A stretch of 63,889 nucleotides of DNA, the filler included, from Craspedostauros australis (taxonomy: Eukaryota): NCBI GenBank assembly GCA_030167865.1. It is 9 parts of 9 records of this genome, joined end to end, with 100 filler letters (N's around TTAATTAATTAA, not from the genome) between each part and the next. Parts side by side here need not be neighbours in the genome. Positions count along the whole stretch, not along the records: positions 45,297 to 49,688 come from JALAGF010004253.1; positions 49,789 to 56,643 come from JALAGF010004256.1; 7 more parts are not named here. One strand, 5' to 3'. The translations under genes were made by a program, and so were the position numbers. Of the stretch, positions 45,755-56,643 are shown in pieces. Position 1 is the first letter of the stretch; each line of letters starts with the position of its first letter. Under the pieces are notes generated by a model. It saw only the letters and a list, made by a program, of their open reading frames with translations, ran no database searches and had not been told where the DNA came from.

Positions 45755-48083
45755 ATGTTCAAGCTTTCCCGCCCCATCTTCAACCTCTTCGTCTTGTCGA
45801 CGCTCATCTCGACTCCGCCAGCTTTCGCCCACAAGCATGCTGGCGATGCCATCGAGAGCAGCAGCAACCGCGCTCTTCGTGCTGAAGACGGCCGTGGAAC
45901 GACCAACAGGGGCGCCGATGGTGCCTCCGGTGGCGCGAAGAAGCTTCGCGGATTGGCCGCATCCAACGGTGGCACCGACACGGACGTCTCCTTCCACGTC
46001 CTTGGCAACGAGGATGAAACTGAGGACCCGGTGCATGATGTCGGCGCCGGCGCGACTGGCGATGATGCTGTGGTCGTCGATGAAGACCTTGTCCGCGTCG
46101 TCGTCATGTGCCCATCGGGCGTCTCTCATGAGCAATGCATCAAGGATATCGAGGCCCTGACTGCCGACGCTGGCGTCGACACGAACAACAGCATCAGCAT
46201 CGTCCACGACCTTGATACCATCGATGCCGTGGCGTTGTCCTTGAGCTTGTCGGACATGCCCGTACTCAACGGGTACGACTACTACGAGGATTTGGTCCGC
46301 GAGCCGCTGTACATCCATGATTCCGTGGTTGTGGAGGGTGCCGATGCGGACAATCATGCTGGCGGTCGCAACCTCCAAGTCGGAAGCCAAAGGAGACCGT
46401 ACGGAATCGACATGGTCAACGCCCCGTTGGTGTGGGAGCAGTACAAGACCAAGGGAGAAGGCGTGACGGTTTGCGTGCTGGACACTGGAATCGTGAGCGA
46501 TCATGAAGACTTTGACATCGAACGCTTGACTGGATACAACGGCAGAGAAGCTGTGACACCGTGGGACGCCGATGGCAACGGGCACGGAACGGTACGTGCA
46601 TTTGAGGTTGAATCGGTCGATGTGACAATGCAACATCTCTTCGACATGGTATTGAGACATGGCCAGGACATGACTTCGTCATTCAACATTGGAGCCGCTG
46701 CTCATTCCGCAACTCTCATCATCTTTATGTACCGTACTCTCTGCAATCCATCCTATCGCTACTGCTNNNNNNNNNNNNNNNNNNNNNNCTGCTGCTGCTA
46801 CTGCTGTTACGGTACCAAACCTTTCATACCTTTCATACCTTTCAATCGCTCCATCGACATTCCTCCGAACCACAGCACGTCTCTGGAACGATCGGAGCCT
46901 CGGACAACACCGTGGGAGTCGTCGGCGTGGCACCTGGAGCCAATGTCTTCACCGTCCGAGTTTTCAACGACCGTGGAGTCTTCAGCTCGGACCTGATGAA
47001 GGCCGCGGCGGAGTGCCAAAACGCTGGTGCGGACATCATCAGCATGAGTCTCGGCGGAGGTGGTTCCAACAGTCGAGAACGTCAATTCTTCGAGAAGCTG
47101 TACAGCGAAGGCGTTCTGTCTGTGGCGGCTGCCGGAAACTCTGGATCGCAAGGCAACTCGGTCAACTATCCAGCGGCGTACGACATCGTCGTCAGCGTGG
47201 CAGCCGTGGACTCTTCCAAGCGACTGGCCAGCTTCTCAACTCGCAACAGCCGCGTCGATATCGCTGCACCAGGAGTCAACGTCCGCAGCACATGGAATGA
47301 TGGACGTTATGCCTCGATCAGCGGAACGAGCATGGTAAGTGCGGTACATGCTGCGAGTGATGATTGAAGATGACGAGACGAGACGAGACGAGACGACAAC
47401 GACAACGACAATGATGATACTTGAACGCTCGTCTTTCGGCGTGATCTCACTCTCTTGCAAGCATTCAATCGCTGCTCTTTTGGTTCTACTAAATCGTCTC
47501 ATGAACACAGGCATGCCCACACGTGAGTGGTGTGGCCGCATTGCTCAAGAGCTACAACAAGGATTTGACCACCCAGGAGCTCTTTGAAGCCATGACGTCC
47601 ACAGCGGAAGACCGTGGAGCCGCTGGCAAGGACAGTAGCTACGGAGAAGGCATCGTGGATGCGTTGGGCGCCATGAAAGTGGTAGCGGACAGCACCGACA
47701 ACGGCAACGGTGGAGGTGATGGCGGCGGTGACGAAACCAGCGGAGACGAGGATAACGGCGGTGGCGATGTCGCCTGCAAGGAGATCCGCGTGGACATCCA
47801 ATTGGATCGCTTCCCAGGTGACATCACCCATTCTGTGAGAAACCGTGCCACCGACGCAGTGCTTTGGCTTGAGGATAACTACAGCCAATTCCAACGTGAC
47901 ACGCAAACCGTGTGCGTCGATCCCACCTTGTGCTGGCGTTACGAGATGGTGGACAGCTACGGCGATGGTTTGGAGGGCAACAGAGAGCTCGTGTTGACCT
48001 ACGATGGAACCGTAGTGTACCGTGGCGGAAACTTCGGCACCGGAGGCGTCCGTGACTTTGGAGAAGGTTGTGGCAGCAACTAG
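45755..48083 (+). CDS. Secreted subtilisin-like serine protease (S8), three exons 45755-46591, 46876-47334, 47511-48083
   Basis: Signal peptide; catalytic triad VLDTG, GNGHGT|HVSGTIGA and ISGTSM|ACPHVSG reconstituted across two GT-AG introns; AAAGNSG oxyanion motif; C-terminal DSYGDG domain. Confidence 0.95.
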
Positions 48084-49258
48084 ATCCATGATCGCAGCAC
48101 GCAGGTCCAGCAAAGTGGTGGTTACAGAGCGCGAGCGCAGCAGATGAATCCAGCTCCTCTCCATTTCTGCCAACGCAATTGAACAACAACAGGACAGCTG
48201 AGCACAGACGATGTCTCACCATACACGCTGGCTGGAACCGGTGTTAGAACCGACGGAAAGAATATACCACAGCTGACGACGCCATCCTTACCCGAAGCGA
48301 TGAAGTTACGCAGAGCATCGACAGACAGAGACGCGATGATGAATGGGCGAAGGGGTAGGTTGCCATGGCGCGCAGTTGCTCAAGACAAAGAAAAGTATGA
48401 CGCACCACAAGATAGCAGATATGGCAGAGTAGAGGAGAGGAGAGAAGAGTGCTCTCCATACTCGGCCGTTGCTGTAATGATTATAAGCAAGATCAATCAT
48501 ACAATATAATATTATACAACAGAAGAATGGTGGAACATGGCGGAAGTAGAGAAACTCGTGGAACAAATGAATCCAGTTTCACGAAAAGGGCTTGTGGCTG
48601 AAGGATCCGCGACACTCCTTGACACTCTTTGACACCAAGTTGACTGTGGCTGGTATCTTCCAAACGTGCGCCTCCTGATTGGGAAACTGGATCATCGAAC
48701 AAACAGGAATGATGAGAATTCAGGAAGATGACAACGTGAGGGGAAGATGTGAGCGCGGTCATGGGCCGGCCGGGAGATGGGAGTCCTTCCGGGAAGCCAT
48801 CGAATTGCACGCTCTGCTCGTCCTCTTCCCCGACGTATGAGCTTCGATGCGCTGGAGAAGACCACTGATCAGGAAATCACGGCGACATGATACTCGAAAG
48901 TCGCTGTGTCTACGAAGGTTGCGCGATTGGAATATTGGAGAGTGAGGAAGTAAGTTCATGAATGCGCACGTACAATACTCTTGAACACAAGGTGGGGATC
49001 GAACACTGCATTCGGGGGCCTGCGACAGTTGCTTAGTTAGAAATGTGCACAACTCCAACTTTATTTGAGTAGCTACAACGGCCTCCTGCAGCGGACTCTA
49101 CCTACATTACTCCCGGTTAGGACACTACCTTCGTCCCAACTGTCTTTGATTCGGAACTGTGGTCGCACCATGCTCGTGGACCAACTTGCGCAAGGTCTTC
49201 GTATAATACTTCACAAGAAAGGATCGATTGGATACCAAAACTCCGTGTGCGTCCATGA

Positions 49259-49688
49259 TCAACGCCGGCTCATGGGAAATCGACTGTACTGCGTGGGCAC
49301 ATGGATCATGCTCGTGCCCTGGTTCTGTTCGTGATAGCGGGTTCGATCCGTGGGCATCGACCACGCGCGCCTGCAGTATTCGTTGCAACGGTGGCTGGAG
49401 AAGAAGGAGCTGATGCCCGTGCGACCAAGATCGGTGGGACCGTAGGCGCCCTGCGTTCTGGAGATGATGACGGGATCCGTGAGGACGATGCCGTTGGAGT
49501 AGGATCCGCCCTGCAGATCGCAGAGCAGGCACTGACCACCGGTGATGTGGTAGGAGAAATGGGACAGCGCCTGCATTGCGCGTCCCCAGGCGATGCCGGT
49601 CTCGTTCCAGCCGCTGTTGGAGTTGAATTTCTCGTAGTTCTCGATGAACGGCTCCACAAGCAGCTTTGCGCCAGCTTCCTCACCGTCT
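49259..49688 (-). CDS. Alpha-kinase (eEF2K/MHCK family) catalytic domain, 5'-truncated by gap
   Basis: VEPFIENYEKFNSNSGW, QALSHFSYH, LLCDLQG, LTDPVIIS, GPTDLGRTGI..FF..HRCNEYC. Confidence 0.93.
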
Positions 49689-49788
49689 NNNNNNNNNNNN
49701 NNNNNNNNNNNNNNNNNNNNNNNNNNNNNNNNTTAATTAATTAANNNNNNNNNNNNNNNNNNNNNNNNNNNNNNNNNNNNNNNNNNNN

Positions 49789-50581
49789 TTGCTGGAGCGA
49801 AGGTGGAAGCAATGGTGGCTGAGACGGTCATGTTGAATGCTGTTGAATGCTGTTGAATGCTGTTGGTTTGGGTGATGGTGGTGGTTTGTGAGTTGATGGG
49901 ATGCTGAGCTTGTGCGTTAGTGAGGAGAGTACTAGTGTTTTGTTGTATAATGGTGTTGTATAATAGGTTGCGATGGAGTGCAGTGAGTGGATTGTATGTT
50001 TCTTTTGGTTGTTGGTTTGTTGATGGCTTGGAGTTTGAAATTGTGAGCACAGAATGTTGGACAGACAACTTCGAAGCACTGTCAGCACAGAATCAGCACT
50101 GTCGAAGGCGTCGGCGAAGATCGGTGTGACGGAGTGACCACGAAAGCAACCTCTGGAGTATCATAGAATAGTTCGTACTCGTATTAGTAGTCGTACCCGT
50201 ATTAGTAGTCATACCATTCGCCACTGTCGTCGAACCATGATGAAAGAGAGGAACGGTGAAAGAGTAGAACCGAGTGGAACCTGTTCTCATGACTTCTCAG
50301 ATCCAAGAGAGATTGGAAGCCGCGCGGCGACCATGTGTGCATGGCGCAAGAGTATCGTGAGAGCACATGTCAGAGCGCCGGAGCAAGGGACGACTGCTTG
50401 GATGGGAGGGAGAGGATGGAGCTTTGCGAGAGCGATTGGATCGACGAAGAAGTCGATCGCAGCAGAAGAATTCTCCGGATCACCCACTGCACCACTAATC
50501 ACCACGAGTACTGAAACGGGTGTGATGGCGTGCGTAAGCCCTTGTGAGCACGAAGTAGCACGGTGCGTACTCGTGTGTGTG
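49789..50581 (-). repeat. Inverted copy of 56744-57536; probable unmerged contig overlap
   Basis: Mirror-identical ORFs; coordinates sum to 107325; both copies begin at contig edges. Confidence 0.93.
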
Positions 50582-52356
50582 TGTGGTACGGGTCTGAATG
50601 TCCCTTGGCTGTCTCTGGTCTCAGTGGTGGAGGGCAACGGCTGGAAGTCATTCCACCCAAACGCAGCGCAGGCACACCCTTCGCAAATGAGGATTTTGGT
50701 CGTGGCGGAAGGTCTTCGCCGTTGTTCTTGAGAACGAGGTTTGGTCTTGAGTTTGGATTCGGGCTTAGTCAACACGAATCGGTGGAGGATGCCTCGTGAA
50801 TCTGCCAGCTTCAGGATAGCCATGTGACGAAGTTCAAGAGAGGTGTACTGGATTGAAGATGTGTTACTGTAACGATGAGTAGATGAGTGCTTTGTAGCTA
50901 ATCCTTGTCTGTTTATTATGAGTTAGCTTGTAGTGTTAGTAGGATGAAGAAACAATGTCACACAGCTTGATAGGACCCTGCACTGATGTACTTGGTTCAG
51001 TGCTTGAGGGTAGGCAATTATTGCAGTCCCTTGCTCTCCTCACACATAGACACACTGCAGTGTAGGTCATGACACTCAATGGTGGCGGTCATGAAGCAAT
51101 GGCTGTGGCTGGAGTTCACTCTCGGATTCCCTTGCTTGAGTTGAAGCAGATTGGATATACATGTCAGGACTACAGCAGTAGTGCAGTAGTCATTAGCATG
51201 GAGGGAATCGAGGTATGTTGTAGTGACAGGATCTGAGGAGCATAGTTCCCAAGGTGAGATGTGAGTCAGGTCGGTCATGTTTGAGTCATGATGGATTCGT
51301 GAATGGAGGAGAGAAAAGGGTGAAACGATTTGGTGGTCGATCAAGTCGGAAGATTTCGCGCCAAAACAAGAATTTCTCCTATCAGAGGTGGATACCGTGT
51401 TTGGTGATAGTATGTCCCTTATTGAATCTCAACTCGTACAATTCAATCACAGACAGACGCAAACAACACACAAACAAACACACAAACAAACAGACAGACA
51501 GACAGACATGATGTCAACGACACGCTGGCGCAAACGAGACAAGTCGAAAGCAAACATCCATCTGACTGCCTTCCCTGATTTCCCCTTGTTTCCTCTCGTC
51601 GTCCCACTGTATGATCACTCTCCCTGCCTCCCTGCCTCTCAACAGTGTAGAGTATGATCAGCCCGTGTGCCTTTGCAACTTCACGAATACGAGCCTTGAG
51701 TATGATGTCGTGCGATTATTATGAGGACGATACGAAGTCAAGTTCTCTCTATCTCTAGAGAGGGCGTGTGTGTTGTGTGTGTGTCGTGTGTGATGTGGGT
51801 GTGTCGTGTGTGCCGTGTGGTGATGTGTGTGCCACAGCAACAGCGAATATCAGATAATCCCAAAAGCAAACTGTACAGTATGACGCGGGTGTGTTGTGGT
51901 TGTTGCGAATTAGTGGTTACTGTAGATGTTGTTGCTGGTGCCTGTCAGTGGCGGCAATCACCAAACCCAGGAGTAGGTTTCAATGTCTCTTCATCAGTGG
52001 TGGTTGTGAGCCAAAGATTGCAAGCCAAAGAGATACAGGCAGTGCAAGTGCTGCAAGCGCGAGTGCAAGGGCACGAAAGCAGCGATAGAGCATGATCAAG
52101 GGGCCTTGATACACACAAAACAAAGGCAAAAGCAGCGATGATGGTGCTGTTTCGCACAGTGGTGTGGCATGGGATCGTGACAAGTGCCAGTTGTTGATGA
52201 CGTGTTCGCCAAAAATGATTTCGCAAGCATGTCATGCTTGGCTGGCGTGTAACGAAATCTGCATGTTGCATAATTGGTGGGTGCCAACTGACAAATGTTT
52301 GGAGTTGGCATTCCCATGTATGGATATAGTAATATTGTGGCATGCATTTGAACGGT

Positions 52357-52451
52357 TGTTGGAAATCCGGGGTATAGATATGAACCACAGAAATCAAAAC
52401 ACATATATATACACACACACAATGATCGGTAAAAAACAGGGGATTGCCTGG

Positions 52452-52452
<1 letters not shown>
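52357..52452. mobile_element. LTR-like terminus TGTTGGAAATCCGGGGT, cut off by the (TG)n tract and CRE-like element
   Basis: Same 17-mer at 62859 and 63362. Confidence 0.5.

Positions 52453-52484
<32 letters not shown>
52453..52484. repeat. (TG)16 microsatellite at the 3' end of the CRE-like element
   Basis: Read directly. Confidence 0.97.
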
Positions 52485-52485
<1 letters not shown>

Positions 52486-55400
52486 AACTAGGTGGGTGTT
52501 AATCACTACTGTGTAGGGCGGAACCGCGACAAGCCGAGTTTGAATCACAGAAACCAAGCACCAAGAGAGTCAGTCCCGCAGAACAGGCTCCGCCTGGAGT
52601 GACCGAGATTGTCACGTATTGATGTAGTGAAACCTGAGCAAGCGAAGATAGGGAGCCAAACTATCGATAGAGCGAGAGGCCGTCGCCATTCTCCCATGGC
52701 AACGCCCTCGTGCGCCCGAATGGCTGCCGATCAGCACGGAGACACCGGCTCGTGGCCCGCACCAATGCGATAGACAGTCGAGAGCGAACATACGAGCACA
52801 CCTGCCCGTACTTCCGCTTCCACTTCTTGGAGAGCGTGGAGGCCAGCCGCTTGGTAGCGGCAGCGGCCTCCTGCCCCACGAGTCCATCAACAGAGAACAC
52901 CAGGGGGGTGAAGTGCTTGCGCTGCTGGACGCAGCGGTCCAGATACTTGGCCTTCTTCAGCCCCTCATGCGATCGAAGGACGCTCTTGGGGGATCTGGAG
53001 CGGTACGTCCGAGCATCTGTGTCGCAGACGCGGATGTCGAAGACCGCAGTGGACCCCCGCTTCCAGAACCCATGAACTGCAACATCCCCTCGCAGCTCAG
53101 GTTCAACCTCCACAGCCAACCCAGCAGCACTGCCACCAGCACCTCGGCTGTTCCGACCAGTATGGATCAATGGTTCGTCGGAGACAGAGGAAGGGTTGAT
53201 GGCCTGGCTGCAAAGCTGGCCCCACTCGCCACATACGTCATTGTGGCGAAGCAGAACGAGCCCTCCCTTCTTGCAGGAGAGGGCATGCTCCACAGAGAAC
53301 CGCTCGCCGCAGCCATTGCATCGCTCAGGTAGCGACGCTGGGTGCAAGCCGAAGCGAATGCGGAGGCTGTCGCGAAACTCATCAGCCGACAAATCGGTCC
53401 CATTGAGCTCGCTGGGCATGGCCGTGAGCCACGCCCCAGTGGACTTGGAGCGCTCGATGCGCCGAGCAGCAAGGTTGCTGGAGTTGGCGACGATGCCCGC
53501 GAGGACACCATCGTCAGCCTCTTCCTTGGCCTTGAGCCGTTTGCGCCTTGCACTCCTGGCAGCACTGACAAACCGCTCCACATTGAGACTGGACCCCTGA
53601 ACCAGGGACTGGGTGAGGCAATCCGTGGCATGGACGGACGTGGAGTGGTTCTCAGCCGCCGCAGCAGTGGGATCGGGGATCCCAAGCCCAGCCTGCTTGA
53701 CTGGCAGGCCGAGGAGCCGGCGCAATCCGGCTACCTCGGACACATCCGCATCCAGGAGGGCTGGGAGGAAGGTGCCAGCAATGGAAGCCTCAACAGGGCG
53801 GAAGCAATCTCCAGAGTTCTCCACAATTCGCTGCAAGAACGACCACTCGGCCTGCAGCGACTTGGAGAGGCCAGCAAACGCAGTCTGCGGGAACCGCTTT
53901 GCCACCTTCGCGAGCTCATGGATGCCGTGGACCCACTGCTCGATCTGAGGCGCAATCCAGGCCTCCCTGGAAGCGTCAGACCCGACAAATCCGCCCACGT
54001 AGCGGTGGCCATCGCGGTGGTTGAAGCCAAACTCGGCCAGTGCGGCGCGACAGGCAGCATCCTCATCCGCTTTGCAGCAGACAAACACGCTCTTCGCAGG
54101 CTCGGGGAAGTACCCACGAGCTGGACCCTGCTGCGCCAGCAGACGAGTAGCGGCGGCAATGCCATCCACAGGGCCCACCATGGCAGCATCGTCGGCATAC
54201 CATGGCTGAAGCACACTGGGGACGGCCTCGCGCAGCGACGCCACAAGTGGCAGGAGAGCAACTCCATAGAGGACCATCGAAAGAGGATCCCCTTGGGTCA
54301 CACCCTCGCGTGACTGCAGCACAGTGCTGCCACCCTGTCCTCGCAGGACGAGCATGGCGGAGTGGCGGTAGCAATTGAATGCAAACCGAGCCCCACCTGC
54401 CCAGCGATGCCGCACAGTCCAGAGCATGGCCTTGCGGCTCAGCTCGTTGAACCCATTGCGAGCATCGACGAGCAGCATTCCCCGTGGGATAGAGGCTGCC
54501 TCGTCGCCGTCACCACCACCGCCAGCGTCCATCGCACGACCAGCTCCGCCAGAAGAGGCAGGTGGGTTGCCAGATTCAGTGCTGTCGCGGCCATTGGCGG
54601 GCGCGGCGTCGTTGCTTGGGTCGTCGTCGCCGTCGTGGAACGCAAGTTGCACCGCATGAACAGCACCCTCGATGCCTGCTGGCAAGCCAGCACACAGGTT
54701 CAGGTTGCCACAGGCGGAAGTGGCACGACGCCCAATGGCAGCAAGGACGCATTTCGCCATGAGACGACGAAACACTTCGCCAATGCCGAGAGGACGCACA
54801 CCTGGACGCTTGTCCAGCGCAATGAGGCGGCACGCCATCATGGCGCGGTAGGCAGCCCACGGAGGATGGGAGTTGGAGAGCCAGTTGGTCCAAGCAGCAA
54901 TCTCCTCACGGAGATGCTTGGACTCGCTGCCAAACCGCAGGAGCCAGTTGCCCAGATCAACGGCATCAACACCGCCCGGACCAGCCGCCCCCGAGAGTTT
55001 GGAAGCAACCGATCCAACCACCTCCTCAGTGATCTTGACAGGGACAGGGGTGGGAGCAGGACCACCGTACGGCTCGAACGCTCCGGACCCGTCGCCATCA
55101 ACGCCAGGATCACGCATGGCGGGATGTTTGAGCCGCAGTGCCTCCTCCACTGGCAGACCAGACTTGGCGTCGACGTCAGTTGGAAGGAGGAGATCGCCGC
55201 CTTCACGAGATGTTAGGGTGCGAACCGCAGCACGCAGACGACCGGAAAGAACCTTCGAGTTGAAGGCGCGGGCACGCGACTCGTCGTCGCGTGTGCCACC
55301 AGATCGAGCAGCATGCTGACGCAGCTCGGATTCGGTGTCCTCGACCAGCGCGGCAAACTTTCCGGCCTCCCACAAATCCATGCGAGAGGACAGCCGCTGC

Positions 55401-56602
55401 CGGACGTCACCGGCGCCACGAACACCAGGGGTGGTCTGGAGGACCACTGCCGCAAGCAACAGCGGTCGCTCCGAGTTCCACAGCCGGTCGCGAACCCCCT
55501 TGAGCTCCAGAGAGAGGAGGCGAAGGAATCTGCGGCCGACACGGCCACGCGGGACAGAGTAGCGTCGCGGGGAGAACGCGACGACGCGAGCCCAGCGCTG
55601 CTGCCACACACTATCTCCGTCAACACCACCATGGAGGTGGGAGCCGTCGTTGTCGTGGGCGTGGTCGCCGTACACCTGATCCAGCATGCCATCCGCGGGA
55701 GTTGCGGCGTAGCCAGGGAGATCCGCGCCCCTATCAGGAGTCACAACGTTGCCAGGAGCGGGCACAGGCCCGCCGCGACGAGGAGGGACTTCAGAAGCGG
55801 CGGCAGCCTCCGGCGGAGCAGGATCAGAACCCTCAGGTGCAGGAGGGGCCTCCACACCATCGGCGGGAACAGGAGCAGTCGGTGGCGCTGCAGCTGTTGC
55901 AGGGACGGGCGGAGGAGGGACGTGAGCTGCTGGGGGTGCAGCAGCGTCAGTGGTTGGGTTGGCGGCACCACAATCGCCCGTGTTGCTGGCATTGTTGGCA
56001 CCGTCGCTGCGGCTGCCATTGTTGACGACAACACCACTGCTGTCAGCACTGCCGCGGTATGGATTCACCACAGCAGGATGGGCAGGAAGGAAGGCATCCA
56101 TGGGCCCATCAGCGGTAGCAGCGACAGCATCGCGCTTGTTGGTGCAATGTCTCTTGCATGCGCAAGAGACACAGGTGCGGCCAGCAGCGCGACACTCGCA
56201 CTGATGTGAGCCCCTCGCAGGGCGAGAAGGGCACACAGCAAAGCGAGAGCAAGAGCAGCACGGTTGAAAAGTTGTGCGCTGTCGGCGGTGAGGGGGAGTG
56301 GCCTCAGAACCGGTGTGCGCAGAATTTTGGGTCGTGTGTGCCCTGCGGCGAGATTCCGTCGGCCCACGATGAGCGGTACTGCGACCGCGTGCGGGAGGGA
56401 CGGGGGAGGAATTCTCCGATGGATGAGTTTGTCCGACGCTTGACGCCCGACGCCGACCATGGCGACTCTCATCAGCCATGATTGTCGGTGCAAATCAGCC
56501 CCTGTGGCAGGACGGCAGCGGCGTAAAGACGGAACACAAGTCCCTCGATGAGGTGCGGTGAGAGAGACCTGTTCAGCAGCCCTCGCACGGCGCCCGGAGG
56601 TG

Positions 56603-56604
<2 letters not shown>
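52485..56604 (-). mobile_element. CRE-clade-like RLE non-LTR retrotransposon, apparently full-length (~4.12 kb; ~125-nt 5'UTR, ~176-nt 3'UTR), flanked by (CA)n
   Basis: Single intact RT-RLE ORF; GC/CpG-rich block bounded sharply on both sides by TG tracts. Confidence 0.88.
52661..56479 (-). CDS. Retrotransposon ORF: CXC-like Zn cluster + reverse transcriptase + CCHC knuckle + restriction-like endonuclease (1272 aa)
   Basis: RT motifs GAAGPGG, LIALDK.PGVRPLGIGE..RRL..K, LVDARNGFN, GVTQGDPLS, WYADD, RYVGGFVG, GLGIPDP; C-terminal CNGC...HALSC, RHNDV, RGDV...FDIRV, KKAKY, FTPLVFSVDG. Confidence 0.93.
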   Translation of the reverse strand: MADESRHGRRRASSVGQTHPSENSSPVPPARGRSTAHRGPTESRRRAHTTQNSAHTGSEATPPHRRQRTTFQPCCSCSRFAVCPSRPARGSHQCECRAAGRTCVSCACKRHCTNKRDAVAATADGPMDAFLPAHPAVVNPYRGSADSSGVVVNNGSRSDGANNASNTGDCGAANPTTDAAAPPAAHVPPPPVPATAAAPPTAPVPADGVEAPPAPEGSDPAPPEAAAASEVPPRRGGPVPAPGNVVTPDRGADLPGYAATPADGMLDQVYGDHAHDNDGSHLHGGVDGDSVWQQRWARVVAFSPRRYSVPRGRVGRRFLRLLSLELKGVRDRLWNSERPLLLAAVVLQTTPGVRGAGDVRQRLSSRMDLWEAGKFAALVEDTESELRQHAARSGGTRDDESRARAFNSKVLSGRLRAAVRTLTSREGGDLLLPTDVDAKSGLPVEEALRLKHPAMRDPGVDGDGSGAFEPYGGPAPTPVPVKITEEVVGSVASKLSGAAGPGGVDAVDLGNWLLRFGSESKHLREEIAAWTNWLSNSHPPWAAYRAMMACRLIALDKRPGVRPLGIGEVFRRLMAKCVLAAIGRRATSACGNLNLCAGLPAGIEGAVHAVQLAFHDGDDDPSNDAAPANGRDSTESGNPPASSGGAGRAMDAGGGGDGDEAASIPRGMLLVDARNGFNELSRKAMLWTVRHRWAGGARFAFNCYRHSAMLVLRGQGGSTVLQSREGVTQGDPLSMVLYGVALLPLVASLREAVPSVLQPWYADDAAMVGPVDGIAAATRLLAQQGPARGYFPEPAKSVFVCCKADEDAACRAALAEFGFNHRDGHRYVGGFVGSDASREAWIAPQIEQWVHGIHELAKVAKRFPQTAFAGLSKSLQAEWSFLQRIVENSGDCFRPVEASIAGTFLPALLDADVSEVAGLRRLLGLPVKQAGLGIPDPTAAAAENHSTSVHATDCLTQSLVQGSSLNVERFVSAARSARRKRLKAKEEADDGVLAGIVANSSNLAARRIERSKSTGAWLTAMPSELNGTDLSADEFRDSLRIRFGLHPASLPERCNGCGERFSVEHALSCKKGGLVLLRHNDVCGEWGQLCSQAINPSSVSDEPLIHTGRNSRGAGGSAAGLAVEVEPELRGDVAVHGFWKRGSTAVFDIRVCDTDARTYRSRSPKSVLRSHEGLKKAKYLDRCVQQRKHFTPLVFSVDGLVGQEAAAATKRLASTLSKKWKRKYGQVCSYVRSRLSIALVRATSRCLRADRQPFGRTRALPWENGDGLSLYR

Positions 56605-56643
<39 letters not shown>
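56605..56643. repeat. (GT)n microsatellite (at least 19 units, runs into gap) at the 5' end of the CRE-like element
   Basis: Read directly. Confidence 0.97.

Noticed and set aside
40603..46512. Inverted duplication of the subtilisin gene around a copia element
   Set aside because: Same contig-edge geometry and apparent identity; probably not a second gene.
52661..56479. Prokaryotic RT system (retron, DGR, group II intron)
   Set aside because: C-terminal CCHC + RLE and the eukaryotic context identify a non-LTR retrotransposon.
56480..56604. HDV-like ribozyme in the CRE 5'UTR
   Set aside because: An 11-bp stem (ACAGGUCUCUC/GAGGGACUUGU) and a GGCUGA motif exist, but I could not thread the P1/P3/L3/P1.1 topology; needs an RNArobo or Infernal search.
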